A stretch of 63,429 nt of DNA, the filler included. It is 5 parts of 5 records of this genome, joined end to end, with 100 filler letters (N's around TTAATTAATTAA, not from the genome) between each part and the next. Parts side by side here need not be neighbours in the genome. Positions count along the whole stretch, not along the records: positions 49,931 to 63,429 come from DRR723986_16490; 4 more parts are not named here. One strand, written 5' to 3'. This document shows positions 50,602 through 61,248 of the stretch, one piece after another. The notes beneath the pieces are model-generated. The model was given only the letters and a program-made list of their open reading frames with translations. It had not been told where the DNA came from and ran no database searches. How positions within the stretch are numbered: the first letter of the stretch is position 1; each line of letters starts with the position of its first letter. The translations under genes and the position numbers were made by a program.

Positions 50602-50871
50602 ATGAAGAAACTCCTTCTGATTGCCGCTTCGGCCGCATTTCTGGCAGGTTGCCAGTCTGACAGTCAAAGGGATCGCGCGCTTGTTGGCGGCGGTCTTGGT
50701 GCGGCAACCGGTGCCGTGATCGGTGCCGCCGCCGGTAACGGCGTAGGCCCGGCCCTCGCCGGTGCGGCAATCGGTGCAGCAGGCGGTGCCATCATCGGCT
50801 CTGCAACGACACCCAAGAACTGTGTCGCCTACGACCGGTATGGCAACCCGTACCGCGTCGCCTGCCCCTGA
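50602..50871 (+). CDS. Glycine-zipper lipoprotein, copy 2
   Basis: LAGC, GxxxG zipper, identical C-terminus to copy 1. Confidence 0.9.
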   Translation: MKKLLLIAASAAFLAGCQSDSQRDRALVGGGLGAATGAVIGAAAGNGVGPALAGAAIGAAGGAIIGSATTPKNCVAYDRYGNPYRVACP

Positions 50872-50914
50872 TCTCAACTGACCTGAGTCAATCGGGTCTT
50901 CACAGGTTTACGAA

Positions 50915-51184
50915 ATGAAAAAGATCCTGCTGGTGGCCCTTGCGGCCATCGCCCTCGCCGGCTGTCAGTCAAGCAGCCAGAGAGACCGCGCGCTTGTCGG
51001 CGGTGGCCTTGGTGCCGCGACCGGCGCCATTGTCGGTGCCGCCGCCGGTGCCGGTGCAGCTCCGGTTCTCGCCGGTGCCGCTATCGGTGCTGCGGGTGGC
51101 GCTGTTATCGGCGCTGCGACCACGCCGAAAAACTGCGTGGCGCATGACCGGTATGGCAACCCTTACCGAGTCGCCTGCCCGTAA
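50915..51184 (+). CDS. Glycine-zipper lipoprotein, copy 3
   Basis: LAGC, GxxxG zipper, NCVAHDRYGNPYRVACP. Confidence 0.9.
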   Translation: MKKILLVALAAIALAGCQSSSQRDRALVGGGLGAATGAIVGAAAGAGAAPVLAGAAIGAAGGAVIGAATTPKNCVAHDRYGNPYRVACP

Positions 51185-51241
51185 GGCCAGGCTCTCTGTC
51201 GTCCTGACCACCGTCAGAGCGGACGAATTTAGCGACAATAC

Positions 51242-51273
51242 CGGGCATGCCCATGGATTCATGGGCATGCCCG
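51242..51273. repeat. Perfect 14-bp-arm hairpin with self-palindromic arms
   Basis: CGGGCATGCCCATG-GATT-CATGGGCATGCCCG. Confidence 0.8.
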
Positions 51274-51311
51274 TTCTGCTTTCAGGATCTGCCTTGGATA
51301 AATCCGCCTTG

Positions 51312-51330
51312 GTAAGAAACTGTTAACCAT
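51312..51330 (+). promoter_or_regulatory. CtrA-box-like site
   Basis: GTAA-N7-TTAACCAT, one mismatch to TTAA-N7-TTAAC, upstream of lipoprotein copy 4. Confidence 0.45.
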
Positions 51331-51377
51331 AGATCTCCACCCTTGGCAGACACATGTTTTTCGCCAAGGGGTTCTGG

Positions 51378-51650
51378 ATGAGATCCGTCCTTGCAGCCGC
51401 AAGTCTCGCCATTGTGCTGACAGGCTGCGCCAACACCGAAAGTCAACGGGACAGGATGCTGATCGGGGCAGGTCTCGGTGCGGCAACCGGTGCCACGATC
51501 GGCGCCGTTGCCGGTTCCACGGTGAACGCGACCCTTGCCGGCGCCGCTCTCGGCGCCGTCGGTGGTGGCCTGATCGGTGTCGTCACCACCCCGCGCAACT
51601 GCATTGCCACGGATGAACAGGGCACACCTTACAAGGTCCGCTGCCCGTAA
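51378..51650 (+). CDS. Glycine-zipper lipoprotein, copy 4 (divergent)
   Basis: Lipobox LTGC, zipper, NCIATDEQGTPYKVRCP. Confidence 0.85.
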   Translation: MRSVLAAASLAIVLTGCANTESQRDRMLIGAGLGAATGATIGAVAGSTVNATLAGAALGAVGGGLIGVVTTPRNCIATDEQGTPYKVRCP

Positions 51651-51804
51651 ACCCTTTCGCACGACAATAAGGTTTGTTTGCCCCCTGCGAAATCAGGAAT
51701 GCAATAACCTGCGGAACAGCCGGACATTTTCGACGCAAGTTGCACAGAACAGCAGGTCACGGGCTCACCGCTGTCACGTCAGTCCAAAATCCCGTTGCGA
51801 AAGC

Positions 51805-51833
51805 AAAAAGCCGGCCCAACGGACCGGCTTTTC
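51805..51833 (-). terminator. Rho-independent terminator after ald
   Basis: AAAAGCCGG-N9-CCGGCTTTT. Confidence 0.75.
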
Positions 51834-51858
51834 TCATCTTTGAAGCGAAGTCCCCTTA

Positions 51859-52998
51859 TCAGGCAGCAGCGCTTTCCTTGGCCTGCTCAAGAGCAACCTT
51901 CGGATCGACGTAGGCATAGCCGAGAGCGGTTGCGACCGCCTCACAGGTCACCTGACCGCCGATCACGTTAAGGCCTGGCAGGAAGTGCGGATCATCGAGC
52001 AGCGCCTTCTTGGCACCCTTGTCTGCCAGTGCAAGAGCGAACGGCAGGGTGGCGTTGTTCAGCGCGTAGGTGGACGTCTTCGGCACGGCGCCCGGCATGT
52101 TGGCGACGCAGTAGTGAACGACTTCATCGATGATGTAGGTCGGCTCGGAATGCGTCGTTGCCTTGGAGGTTTCGAAGCAACCGCCCTGGTCGATGGCAAC
52201 ATCAACGAGAACCGAGCCCGGCTTCATGCGGCTGACCAGCTCGCGTGAGACCAGCTTTGGAGCCGCCGCACCGGCAACCAGCACCGCACCGACGACCATG
52301 TCGGCTTCCAGCACATGCTTTTCCAGTGCAGCCTTGGTCGAATAGACGGTTTTCAGTGCCGGACCGAACGTCTGAGAGAGATTGCCCAGAACGGCGGTAG
52401 ACCGATCGAGAACGGTGACATCGGCTCCGAGGCCAAGCGCCATGGTAATGGCATGCGAGCCGACCACACCACCGCCAATGACAACGACCTTGGCCGGTTC
52501 GACGCCTGGAACACCGCCCACGAGCGTGCCGGAGCCACCCTGGGCCTTTTCCAGCGCCTTGGCGCCGGCAATCACCGACAGGCGGCCGGCAACCTGGGAC
52601 ATCGGCACCAGAAGCGGCAGACCGCCACGAGCATCGACAACGGTTTCATAGGCAATGCAGGTCGCACCGGACTTTACCAGGTCCGCGGTCTGCTCCGCGT
52701 CTGGCGCCAGGTGCAGATAGGTGAAGAGAATGTGGTCGGGGCGCAGCATGGCGCGTTCGACGGCCTGCGGTTCCTTGACCTTCACAATCATGTTCGCGGC
52801 ATCGAAGACTTCCTTGGCTGTTGCCAGGATCTTCGCGCCTGCTGCTTCGTAGTCGGCATCGCTGGCGCCGATGCCGACACCGGCATTGGTTTCAACGACA
52901 ACTTCGTGGCCATGAGCCACCATTTCAAGAACACTGTTCGGGGTCAGACCAACCCGATACTCGTGGTTTTTGATTTCTTTCGGCACACCAATGCGCAT
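51859..52998 (-). CDS. ald: Alanine dehydrogenase
   Basis: [45 protein letters not shown]. Confidence 0.97.
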   Translation of the reverse strand: MRIGVPKEIKNHEYRVGLTPNSVLEMVAHGHEVVVETNAGVGIGASDADYEAAGAKILATAKEVFDAANMIVKVKEPQAVERAMLRPDHILFTYLHLAPDAEQTADLVKSGATCIAYETVVDARGGLPLLVPMSQVAGRLSVIAGAKALEKAQGGSGTLVGGVPGVEPAKVVVIGGGVVGSHAITMALGLGADVTVLDRSTAVLGNLSQTFGPALKTVYSTKAALEKHVLEADMVVGAVLVAGAAAPKLVSRELVSRMKPGSVLVDVAIDQGGCFETSKATTHSEPTYIIDEVVHYCVANMPGAVPKTSTYALNNATLPFALALADKGAKKALLDDPHFLPGLNVIGGQVTCEAVATALGYAYVDPKVALEQAKESAAA

Positions 52999-53181
52999 AA
53001 CTCGACTCCTCTGGAAGCATTATTGATTGCTGACGATTTTACGCCTGTTTTCGTCGAATGTGCTTGCGTTCCCGGGGGCCTCCGTTCAAATACACGCAAT
53101 TTTATTGTGTCGATTTGATATTTCTTCAAATTATCTGCTATGTATTATCTTGAACTCGGCATTATGTGCGGTGCAGCAAAA

Positions 53182-53652
53182 ATGAAACTCGATCGCCTCG
53201 ACCAGAAGATCCTGAACGTTCTGCAAAGCGACGGCCGCATCGCCAACGCGGACCTGGCGGAAAAGGTGGGGCTTTCCCCTTCCGCCTGTTTGCGGCGCAT
53301 GCGCGCGCTGGAGGAGGCCGGCATCATTGAAAAATACGTCGCGCTTCTGGACCAGAAGAAACTCGGCCGGCACATGGACGTTTTCGTGGAAATCTCGCTG
53401 ACCGGCCAGTCCAAGGAAACGCTTGAGAATTTCGAACGCGCCGTAGCCCGGTCCGGCGAAATCATGGAGTGTTTCCTGATGGCGGGTGATGCCGATTACA
53501 TCCTGCGCCTCTCGGCCCGGGACCCGATCGACTTCGAACGCATCCACCGCGACCACCTTGCCCAGCTTCCAGGCGTTCTCAGAATGAAATCGTCCTTCGC
53601 CATCCGGCCGATCGTCAGACGCACAGCGATTCCCCTGAACGGCGAAACATGA
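53182..53652 (+). CDS. Lrp/AsnC regulator (AldR-like), divergent from ald
   Basis: LDRLDQKIL..LQSDGRIANADLAEKVGLSPSACLRR, GDADY. Confidence 0.93.
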   Translation: MKLDRLDQKILNVLQSDGRIANADLAEKVGLSPSACLRRMRALEEAGIIEKYVALLDQKKLGRHMDVFVEISLTGQSKETLENFERAVARSGEIMECFLMAGDADYILRLSARDPIDFERIHRDHLAQLPGVLRMKSSFAIRPIVRRTAIPLNGET

Positions 53653-53785
53653 GTTCCTTTCAGGGCCGGTCCACAACCAAACCGCCTGCAATTCCGCCAC
53701 TAAATCCAGCGTCTCGACGCAGCCAGCACTGGCAGGTATAGTCCGCATCCATTCAACTGCCCGGCTTTTCAAGGAACCCGCTCCG

Positions 53786-54676
53786 GTGACCCATACGATC
53801 ACCCGTTTCATCGACACGACTTACCAGCTTGCAGAATGTCCGACCTGGGACGACAGATTGAACCGCTTGCTCTGGGCCGACATCCAGGGCCGCTCCATCC
53901 AGTCCATGGATTGGGCCAGCCGCGAGATCACCACATGGCAATTCGACAATGAGGTCGGTTCCTTCGGCCTGACGGATGACGATCGCCTGATTGTCAGCGT
54001 GTGGGACAAGATCGTTCTGTTCGATCCCGAAAGCGGTGCCAGCGAGGTTCTGGCGGAAGTTCAGGCTGATGAGCCGCGCACACGGCTGAACGACGGCAAG
54101 GTCGGTCCGGATGGGGCCTTCTGGGTCGGCACCATGGACACCAACTCACCGCGTGAACCGATTGCCGGTCTTTACCGGGTCGACGGCAGCGGCGACGTTG
54201 CCGAGATCCGGGACGAACTGCAATGCTCCAACGGGCTCGCGTGGACGCCGGACGGTACCTACATGTACCACTCCGACACCTCCCCCGGCTGGATCGAATA
54301 TTACGGCTTCGATCCGGAGACCGGTGCACTTGGCTCCAAGATGCTATACGCCCAGCAGACCAACGACACCGGACGGCCGGATGGCGCAGCGGTCGACACC
54401 GAAGGCAATTACTGGAGCGCAGGGGTTTCCGCAGGCGTTCTCAACTGCTTTGCTCCGGACGGCAACCTGCTTGCCGCCATCAAGCTTCCGGTCGACAAGC
54501 CCACCATGCCCTGCTTCTGTGGCCCGGATCTGGACCATTTGATCGTCACCAGCATCAAGCAGCCCGCCGACCCGACCGCGGTCGAACCCGACACATTGTC
54601 AGGCGGCCTGTTCCTGGTGGAAGGTCACGGCAAGACCGGTTTGAAGACCTACCGGTTCAGGACGGCAAAAAGCTGA
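53786..54676 (+). CDS. SMP-30/gluconolactonase family
   Basis: LAECPTW, RLNDGKVGPDG.FWVGTM, SNGLAW, GRPDG, PTMPCF. Confidence 0.92.
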   Translation: MTHTITRFIDTTYQLAECPTWDDRLNRLLWADIQGRSIQSMDWASREITTWQFDNEVGSFGLTDDDRLIVSVWDKIVLFDPESGASEVLAEVQADEPRTRLNDGKVGPDGAFWVGTMDTNSPREPIAGLYRVDGSGDVAEIRDELQCSNGLAWTPDGTYMYHSDTSPGWIEYYGFDPETGALGSKMLYAQQTNDTGRPDGAAVDTEGNYWSAGVSAGVLNCFAPDGNLLAAIKLPVDKPTMPCFCGPDLDHLIVTSIKQPADPTAVEPDTLSGGLFLVEGHGKTGLKTYRFRTAKS

Positions 54677-54898
54677 TCAAAAGCAACGCCTGGGGCAAGT
54701 CGGTTTCTGCTGTAACCGGCTCCTGCCGCACATTTGGCCTGTCATCCGTTCCGCCGACCCGGGCACAACATCAGGGTGAAGACAAACATCTCTCTTCCTA
54801 AGGATGAGGGAGAGCCTTTGGCTCGGAGGCCATGCCGGGACGAATTTTTGAGCGGCCCGCCTGACGACTGTCTGTCGACGGCAGTTGTTTAGGGCCGG

Positions 54899-55129
54899 TT
54901 ATTCAGCGTCCTTCGGAGGCTGGCAGTCCCTGAGAGCCTCGATGATCTGTTCCGCTTTCACACCTGGCACCTGGATTTTCGTTTCACCGTAAAGGTGAAC
55001 GACTGCTCCCTCCCCCTTCACCGATTGCTCGTTGAAAATGCGGACCGACTGGTTTTCGGGAATGAGCACGGCCATGGAGCCGTCCTCCATGCTGAGCAGG
55101 ATGGAAGACGCAATCAATGTGCAAATCAT
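54899..55129 (-). CDS. Small hypothetical protein
   Basis: ORF with plausible composition between a GC hairpin and the repeat-protein gene; start uncertain. Confidence 0.45.
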   Translation of the reverse strand: MICTLIASSILLSMEDGSMAVLIPENQSVRIFNEQSVKGEGAVVHLYGETKIQVPGVKAEQIIEALRDCQPPKDAE

Positions 55130-55211
55130 GTTTCAGCCCCACAACTGGTCAGGTAACCGGCTTTCAGCCTGCTCCGGAAAACGGACAGAGGACCGATCTT
55201 GACCCAGTCAC

Positions 55212-55799
55212 CTAGTAGCGGCAACCCCGCACCTTTACGGGCTTCCAGACTGTCTGGGCGGGTTGAACCAGCACTTGGCGGCTGACCGTCTGGTAAACCG
55301 CGGGCTTTTGCACCCGGTAGCTCGTGGCAGGCTGAACCAGCACCTTTTCCTTCACGGAGCTGTAAATGGCAGGCTGGCGTACTGCGACACGGGACGCCGA
55401 CTGCACGAGAACCTTCTGGCTGACGGTTCGATAGACGGCGGGGTTCTGCACCTTGCACAGGATGTTGCGACCGTTGATGACCCGGTATTCCCAGCCGACG
55501 CTGGCGGGTTGAACCAGAACCCGGCTCTGCCGTGTCTGGTAGACGGCAGGCGATGTGCGATAGCTGACCCGCTCCGGCTGCACCAGAACACGCCGGGCCT
55601 GATAACTGTAGACGGCCGGCTTCTGCACCACGTAGCTGGATGCCGGCTGGACGAGCACTCGCTCGTTCACGGTTTTGTAGACGGCCGGCACGGTGGCCTG
55701 TTCATAGCAGGACAGTGCCTTGCCCCCGGCCAGCACGGACGTGCTGACCAACGGACTGACGATCAGCGCGGCAAGCGCGCTCCAGAAGCTGTGACGCAT
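55212..55799 (-). CDS. Secreted protein with six 23-aa PAVY...VLVQP repeats
   Basis: Signal peptide; repeats visible in protein and DNA; three Cys at start, middle and end. Confidence 0.85.
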   Translation of the reverse strand: MRHSFWSALAALIVSPLVSTSVLAGGKALSCYEQATVPAVYKTVNERVLVQPASSYVVQKPAVYSYQARRVLVQPERVSYRTSPAVYQTRQSRVLVQPASVGWEYRVINGRNILCKVQNPAVYRTVSQKVLVQSASRVAVRQPAIYSSVKEKVLVQPATSYRVQKPAVYQTVSRQVLVQPAQTVWKPVKVRGCRY

Positions 55800-55890
55800 G
55801 TACTTTCCCCCAGTCTGGCGCAGGAGATCCCCCGCAACCCTGACTTTAGGGAAGTTCCACAAGGCATTAAAGCGAAAAAGTTAATATCCG

Positions 55891-56733
55891 TTAAGAAACG
55901 GCCCTGACGATCTGCTGTTCGCCGTCTTCGTCATCAGCTTCAGCGCGAGCACTCTTCTCGTAGTCGGTGTCCTCGTTGATGATGTGACGGGCCTCTTCGG
56001 GGATCCATTCTCCCCAGCGTGGCTGCAGCTGATGGTCGACGGACACCCGGTCGTCGAAGACGAAACATTCGCCCTTCCAGAGGCTGTCGGCTTCCGGCAC
56101 CTTCTCCAGATAGTTCAGGATGCCACCTTCCAGGTGATAGACTTCCTCGAAGCCGTTTTTCAGCATCCAGGCCGTCGCCTTTTCACAGCGGATGCCACCG
56201 GTGCAGAACATGGCGACCTTCGGCTTTTTCTGAAGCTCGTCTTCGCCGTCCACCCAGGCCGGGAATTCCCGGAACGACTGGGTTTTCGGATTGAGCGCCC
56301 GCTCGAACGTGCCGAAGGCGAACTCATAATCGTTGCGCGTGTCGATGACAACGACATCCGGATCGGAGATCAGGGCATTCCAGTCTTCCGGCTTGACGTA
56401 TTCGCCGACGATCTCATTCGGGTCGATCCCGTCAACCGCAAGCCGCACGATCTCCTGTTTCAGCCTCACCTTCATGCGCTTGAAGACATGTCGGTGGGTC
56501 CAGGCTTCCTTGTGGTTCAGCCCGGCAAGCCGCGGGTCCGACCGCAGATGCGCAAGGACCTCTCGCACACCGGCTTCCGGCCCGCAAATCGTGCCGTTGA
56601 TACCCTCTCCTGCAAGCAGCAGGCTCCCGCGCACATCCCGTTCCTCGCAATAGGCCTTGAGCGGACTGCGCATGGCCTCGAAGTCGTCAAGCGGCGTAAA
56701 CATATAAAGGGCGGCAACGAGAAATTCGTTCAT
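55891..56733 (-). CDS. trhO: tRNA uridine(34) hydroxylase, rhodanese family
   Basis: [51 protein letters not shown]. Confidence 0.93.
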   Translation of the reverse strand: MNEFLVAALYMFTPLDDFEAMRSPLKAYCEERDVRGSLLLAGEGINGTICGPEAGVREVLAHLRSDPRLAGLNHKEAWTHRHVFKRMKVRLKQEIVRLAVDGIDPNEIVGEYVKPEDWNALISDPDVVVIDTRNDYEFAFGTFERALNPKTQSFREFPAWVDGEDELQKKPKVAMFCTGGIRCEKATAWMLKNGFEEVYHLEGGILNYLEKVPEADSLWKGECFVFDDRVSVDHQLQPRWGEWIPEEARHIINEDTDYEKSARAEADDEDGEQQIVRAVS

Positions 56734-57184
56734 GGGGCTTGTTCTGTTTCTTGAAAGACGCCGGGCCCAAGGGGCAAAAGCACCACCCGGCTATTGGCGC
56801 CCTCTATACAGCCTAAGCCCCCCTTCTGAAAAGTCCGCAGTTTCTCGGACCCGGTTCTCTGCAGGCGAGGCCGCCCTGCAGGTTTTGGCTGAGCACAACC
56901 GAACATGCGCCAGGGGCCATGCAACGCGGAACTTGCCGATTGAAGTTCCTCGAAAGGAACATCGCCCAAACCCTTCGGAAGAATCGAAGAAAAGCGTCAG
57001 AGCAACAAAAAGATCGGCAACAATTCGCTTCAACAAAACTTTCTAAAGCGAAAGATGACATCGTTAGAAATACGAATGAATTCATATAGTTAAAAATCAA
57101 ACCTCATACGGTTTCATTTAAGGATCATTAAGCACACAACCGTACCCTAACCCTGAATTGCCAACATGAGCGGGCGCACCAAGG

Positions 57185-57712
57185 ATGACCCAGTACAAGG
57201 TCACCCCGACGGGGGTGGAACGGTTCTTTTCCGAACGGGACCTGATCGTTTCGAAAACAGACACGCGCGGGCGCATTACCTACGCCAACAACATCTTTCG
57301 GGATATTGCGGGTTTTGATGGCAAGGCTCTGGAGAATGCGCCGCACAGCCTCATCCGCCACCCGGACATGCCACGCTGTGTCTTCAAGCTGCTGTGGGAC
57401 ACGATAGAGGCCGGCGGAGAGATCTTCGCCTATGTGGTCAACATGTCCGCGAACGGCGACCACTACTGGGTGCTGGCCCATGTCACGCCGTCCTATGGCG
57501 AGAGCGGCAAGATCATCGGCTATCATTCCAATCGCCGGGTGCCCAACCGCCGTATCGTCGACGACATCATCACCCCGCTTTACGCCCAGCTGCGACAGAC
57601 AGAACAGCAGGCGGACAACCGCAAGACCGGCATGCAGGCCGGTCACGATCAGCTGGTATCGATCCTTCAATCGAAAGGCGTGAGCTATGATGAGCTCATT
57701 CACACTCTTTAA
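57185..57712 (+). CDS. Stand-alone Aer-type PAS domain protein
   Basis: [51 protein letters not shown]. Confidence 0.92.
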   Translation: MTQYKVTPTGVERFFSERDLIVSKTDTRGRITYANNIFRDIAGFDGKALENAPHSLIRHPDMPRCVFKLLWDTIEAGGEIFAYVVNMSANGDHYWVLAHVTPSYGESGKIIGYHSNRRVPNRRIVDDIITPLYAQLRQTEQQADNRKTGMQAGHDQLVSILQSKGVSYDELIHTL

Positions 57713-59018
57713 CGCCACGATCGCGTCGGGTGTCGCGCTGGTGGGCGGCGCGGCGACGGTGGTCTGTGCCCTGCTGGGCCTGACCATGGCTACGGTCCTC
57801 TGTGGCGCCATCGTCATGCTGGCCATGCTGTTCGCGCTGACCGCGGTGCATCGGACCCGGCGAGGGCTTGTGGCTGCGACGGAAGTCTGCAGCCAAATCG
57901 GCTGGGGCAACTTCGAGGTGAGGGCCAAGGATTACACCGAAGCCGGTGAAGTCCGTGAGCTGATGACCTCCATGAACCACATGATCGACCGGACGGACGC
58001 CTTCCTGCGTGAAGCTGCCGCCTCGATGACCGCGATCGAGAACAACCGCTACTACCGCCGCATCCAGCCAGGTGGCCTTAATGGCAGCTATCTGCAGAAC
58101 GCGGAAATCATGAACATGGCGATCGAGACCATCAAGGGCCGCGTCGGCGCTTTCCGCCAGTCGACGGATTCCTTTGAAAGCCAGATCAGCCAGATTGCCC
58201 AGAGCCTGATGGCTTCCGCCGAGCAGATGACCGGAACGGCCGAGGAAATGGAAACCTCTGCCGTTTCCAATTCGGAAGTCGTGACAGCCATTGCCGACGC
58301 GGCAGACCTGACAGCGGAAAATGTGAATGCGGCGGCATCCGCGGCCGATCACCTGTCCTCAACCGCCAGCGAGATTAGCGGCCAGATCGAACGCTCCATC
58401 GAAATTGCCCGTGCTGCCGTTACCCAAGTCACGCAAGGCCAGGACAAGGCAAACAGCCTTCGGACTTCCGCCGAAGCTATCGGCGAGATCATCGACCTGA
58501 TTTCCTCCATTGCCGACCAGACAAACCTGCTGGCACTCAACGCCACCATCGAGGCGGCCCGTGCCGGTGAAATGGGCAAGGGTTTTGCGGTGGTTGCTGC
58601 CGAGGTCAAGGAACTGGCAACGCAGACAGCCAAGGCGACTCAGGAGATCACCCAGTCTTTGGAAGAGGTCGACGCGGCCAGCCGCGATACGGCTCAGTCC
58701 TTCGACACGATTTCCAAAACCATTACGGAAATCGAATCCATTACCACGATGATTTCCAACGCCTCGGTAAAGCAGGCGGAAGCGACACAGGCCATACAGG
58801 AGAACGTGACCAACACCGTGGCCTGCACCAACAAGGTGACCGGAATTGTGGATGGTGTCGCCCAGAATGCGGCAACCACTCACGCGGCCTCCAAGACCGT
58901 TCTGAGCTCCGCGGAAAGCATGTCCTCCAACGCCGGGCAGCTCACCGAAGCAGTGGCGGCCTTCTTCAAATCGCTGAAGAAAGGCCCGCTCGACCAGCAG
59001 GACAGCGAAGCCGCCTAG
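57687..59018 (+). CDS. Methyl-accepting chemotaxis protein (TM hairpin, HAMP, signalling domain)
   Basis: [37 protein letters not shown]. Confidence 0.95.
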   Translation: MMSSFTLFNATIASGVALVGGAATVVCALLGLTMATVLCGAIVMLAMLFALTAVHRTRRGLVAATEVCSQIGWGNFEVRAKDYTEAGEVRELMTSMNHMIDRTDAFLREAAASMTAIENNRYYRRIQPGGLNGSYLQNAEIMNMAIETIKGRVGAFRQSTDSFESQISQIAQSLMASAEQMTGTAEEMETSAVSNSEVVTAIADAADLTAENVNAAASAADHLSSTASEISGQIERSIEIARAAVTQVTQGQDKANSLRTSAEAIGEIIDLISSIADQTNLLALNATIEAARAGEMGKGFAVVAAEVKELATQTAKATQEITQSLEEVDAASRDTAQSFDTISKTITEIESITTMISNASVKQAEATQAIQENVTNTVACTNKVTGIVDGVAQNAATTHAASKTVLSSAESMSSNAGQLTEAVAAFFKSLKKGPLDQQDSEAA

Positions 59019-59151
59019 GCACACTGGCTGTTAGGCAATCCAACCCGGGCGTTCGTACCCGGATTGCCTCTTTTGGGGAATTGGGTCAAAGCCTCACACC
59101 TCTTATCTTCAGGACAGAGCCCACCCCTCACTGGACGTTCTGGAGGCCCAC

Positions 59152-60426
59152 ATGACCATTCTCGGCGACCTGCTGTCGACCATCTTCGAGCGCCGCTATC
59201 GCACAGCGGCGCCGGACCGGCGCGACAATCGGCCGATGGAGGATCTGGTCAGCGCACTTGTCGGCACAGCTGGCGACGTGACGGGCCTTGCCGCGGCCAG
59301 CACGCTCCTGCAACGGTTTCAGGAAATGGAGGACAGCGACAAGCTGCAGTTCTTCCGCCACCTTGCCCACGACATGAACATCGATCCGGCCGGCGTGCGC
59401 ACTGCCCTGGATGCCTATGAGGCAAGCCCGAACCGGAAGACATACACGGCCTTCATGGCGGCTGTGGAGCCCAAGCGCCAGGAATTGATCCGGCGGCTGA
59501 ACCAGATTCCCGGTGCCACCGAGCAACTGGTGCGCATGCGCGCCGACCTCCTGCGCCTCGGAGGCGCCGATCCGGAATTGCAGGCGCTCGACCAGGATTT
59601 CCGACACCTGTTCATTTCCTGGTTCAACCGGGGCTTTCTGGTGCTGCGGCCGATCAGCTGGGAAAGTCCGGCGCATATCCTTGAAAAGATCATCGCCTAT
59701 GAGGCCGTGCACGAAATCACCAGCTGGGAAGACCTGCGCAGCCGCCTGGCCCCTGGCGACCGCAGGTGCTTCGCCTTTTTCCACCCGTCCATGCCCGACG
59801 AACCGCTGATCTTCGTGGAAGTCGCGCTCACCGCAGACATCCCGGGTTCCATCCAGGACCTTCTGGCAGCTGACAGGGAACCCATCACAGCGGCCACGGC
59901 CCGTACCGCCGTGTTTTATTCGATTTCCAATTGTCAGGAAGGCCTGGCCCGCATTTCCTTCGGCAACTCCCTGATCAAGCAGGTGGCGGCCGATCTTTCG
60001 GCAGAATTGCCGGGACTGAAAACCTTCGTCACCCTGTCGCCGATCCCTGGTCTGACGAAATGGCTGTCGGCGGAAGGCATTGCTTTCCAGGACGCGGACC
60101 CGAAACTGCTGCGCACCCTCGCCGCGCATTATCTTCTGTCTGCCCGCCGCGAGGACGGACAGCCGGTTGACCCGGTGGCCCGCTTCCATCTGGGCAACGG
60201 CGCACTGGTGCATGCCGTCCACGCAGAAGCCGACACCTCCGCAAAGGGCCGTGCCCAATCTGCCGGCTTGATGGTGAATTACCTCTACGATCTCGGCAAG
60301 GTGGCCCAGAACCACGACCGCTATGCAGCGGCAGGGGAAATCGCCGCCTGTTCGGACATCAGGTCTCTGGACGCGGCCGCAAAGAAACTGGATTTACGCG
60401 AAGCGGAAGCTGCACAACAGGCCTGA
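59152..60426 (+). CDS. Malonyl-CoA decarboxylase
   Basis: SWFNRGFL, YEAVHEI, DRRCFAFFHP, FYSISNCQ.GL, FVTLSPIPG, DPVARFHLGNGA, MVNYLY. Confidence 0.95.
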   Translation: MTILGDLLSTIFERRYRTAAPDRRDNRPMEDLVSALVGTAGDVTGLAAASTLLQRFQEMEDSDKLQFFRHLAHDMNIDPAGVRTALDAYEASPNRKTYTAFMAAVEPKRQELIRRLNQIPGATEQLVRMRADLLRLGGADPELQALDQDFRHLFISWFNRGFLVLRPISWESPAHILEKIIAYEAVHEITSWEDLRSRLAPGDRRCFAFFHPSMPDEPLIFVEVALTADIPGSIQDLLAADREPITAATARTAVFYSISNCQEGLARISFGNSLIKQVAADLSAELPGLKTFVTLSPIPGLTKWLSAEGIAFQDADPKLLRTLAAHYLLSARREDGQPVDPVARFHLGNGALVHAVHAEADTSAKGRAQSAGLMVNYLYDLGKVAQNHDRYAAAGEIAACSDIRSLDAAAKKLDLREAEAAQQA

Positions 60427-60984
60427 AGGCGCACGGGTCGAGAGCCAATCGCAGCTCATGCTGCCGGTGCCCTGCCCGCCGAGCCGGCGCCATTCGTCCA
60501 CCCTGGCGCGCTAACTGTCCTGATCAGAACGACAGCTGGAACCGGGCTTGGCGCATCAGGGGTCAAAGCGATTCCCGCCGCCCCTCCCCAACCGATAGCT
60601 TTCGGTCCCGGCGTTTTCCTGACGCTGCCGGAAAGGTGGATTCCGGCTGTCTTGGCCTTGTCTTCGGCTTCAAAACCGTCAACTTGCAGGTGACGTGACA
60701 GTGCACGGGCGACTACTTCTTCGCTTCTTGGGTAACACCTAAGGAAAGTTGAAGAAGAAATCTCGCGTGCAGCAAAATTCTTTGCTAATCTGCGATTGGC
60801 GAAACGGGATCCATACCAATCTCGGATTGAAGCGGCCTCTGCACATCAGGGGACGTCTGGAAGATGTACCGGCGGGAAAAGCCGGCCGCTTTCCAGGCGA
60901 GCAGACCGTTCAATGGGTTTCTTGACGCCGGAAATTGTCTGAAAGGCAAAACAAAAAATGACATGTAAAGACAAGGCGGCAGGG

Positions 60985-61248
60985 ATGAGCGAAGATCAAT
61001 ACACCAAAGAGCAGCTCGAATTCCTGGAAATATTTGAAATTGCAGCAAGATATGACTGTCTGTTCCTGCTCGATTTCCATTGCTTCGATCTGTTCGACCA
61101 CGACCAGACCAGCCTGCTGAGCGACGGCGAACGTGCCCAGTTGGCGGCAGCGGCAAGATATGACATCTATGCCGAAGCCATGCAGAAGGGGTTTCTTCCG
61201 AAATCCAGTCCCTTTGGAGGCGTCCATGAGCATCAACACTTTTGTTGA
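60985..61248 (+). CDS. Small acidic hypothetical protein
   Basis: ORF overlapping the start of the next gene; no family recognised. Confidence 0.55.
   Translation: MSEDQYTKEQLEFLEIFEIAARYDCLFLLDFHCFDLFDHDQTSLLSDGERAQLAAAARYDIYAEAMQKGFLPKSSPFGGVHEHQHFC

Noticed and set aside
50282-51650. Repeated DNA blocks as a possible CRISPR array
   Set aside because: They are paralogous coding genes; no repeat-spacer periodicity or cas genes anywhere in the window
59128-60315. Long antisense ORFs (here and opposite many GC-rich genes)
   Set aside because: Shadow frames caused by codon bias of well-supported genes on the other strand
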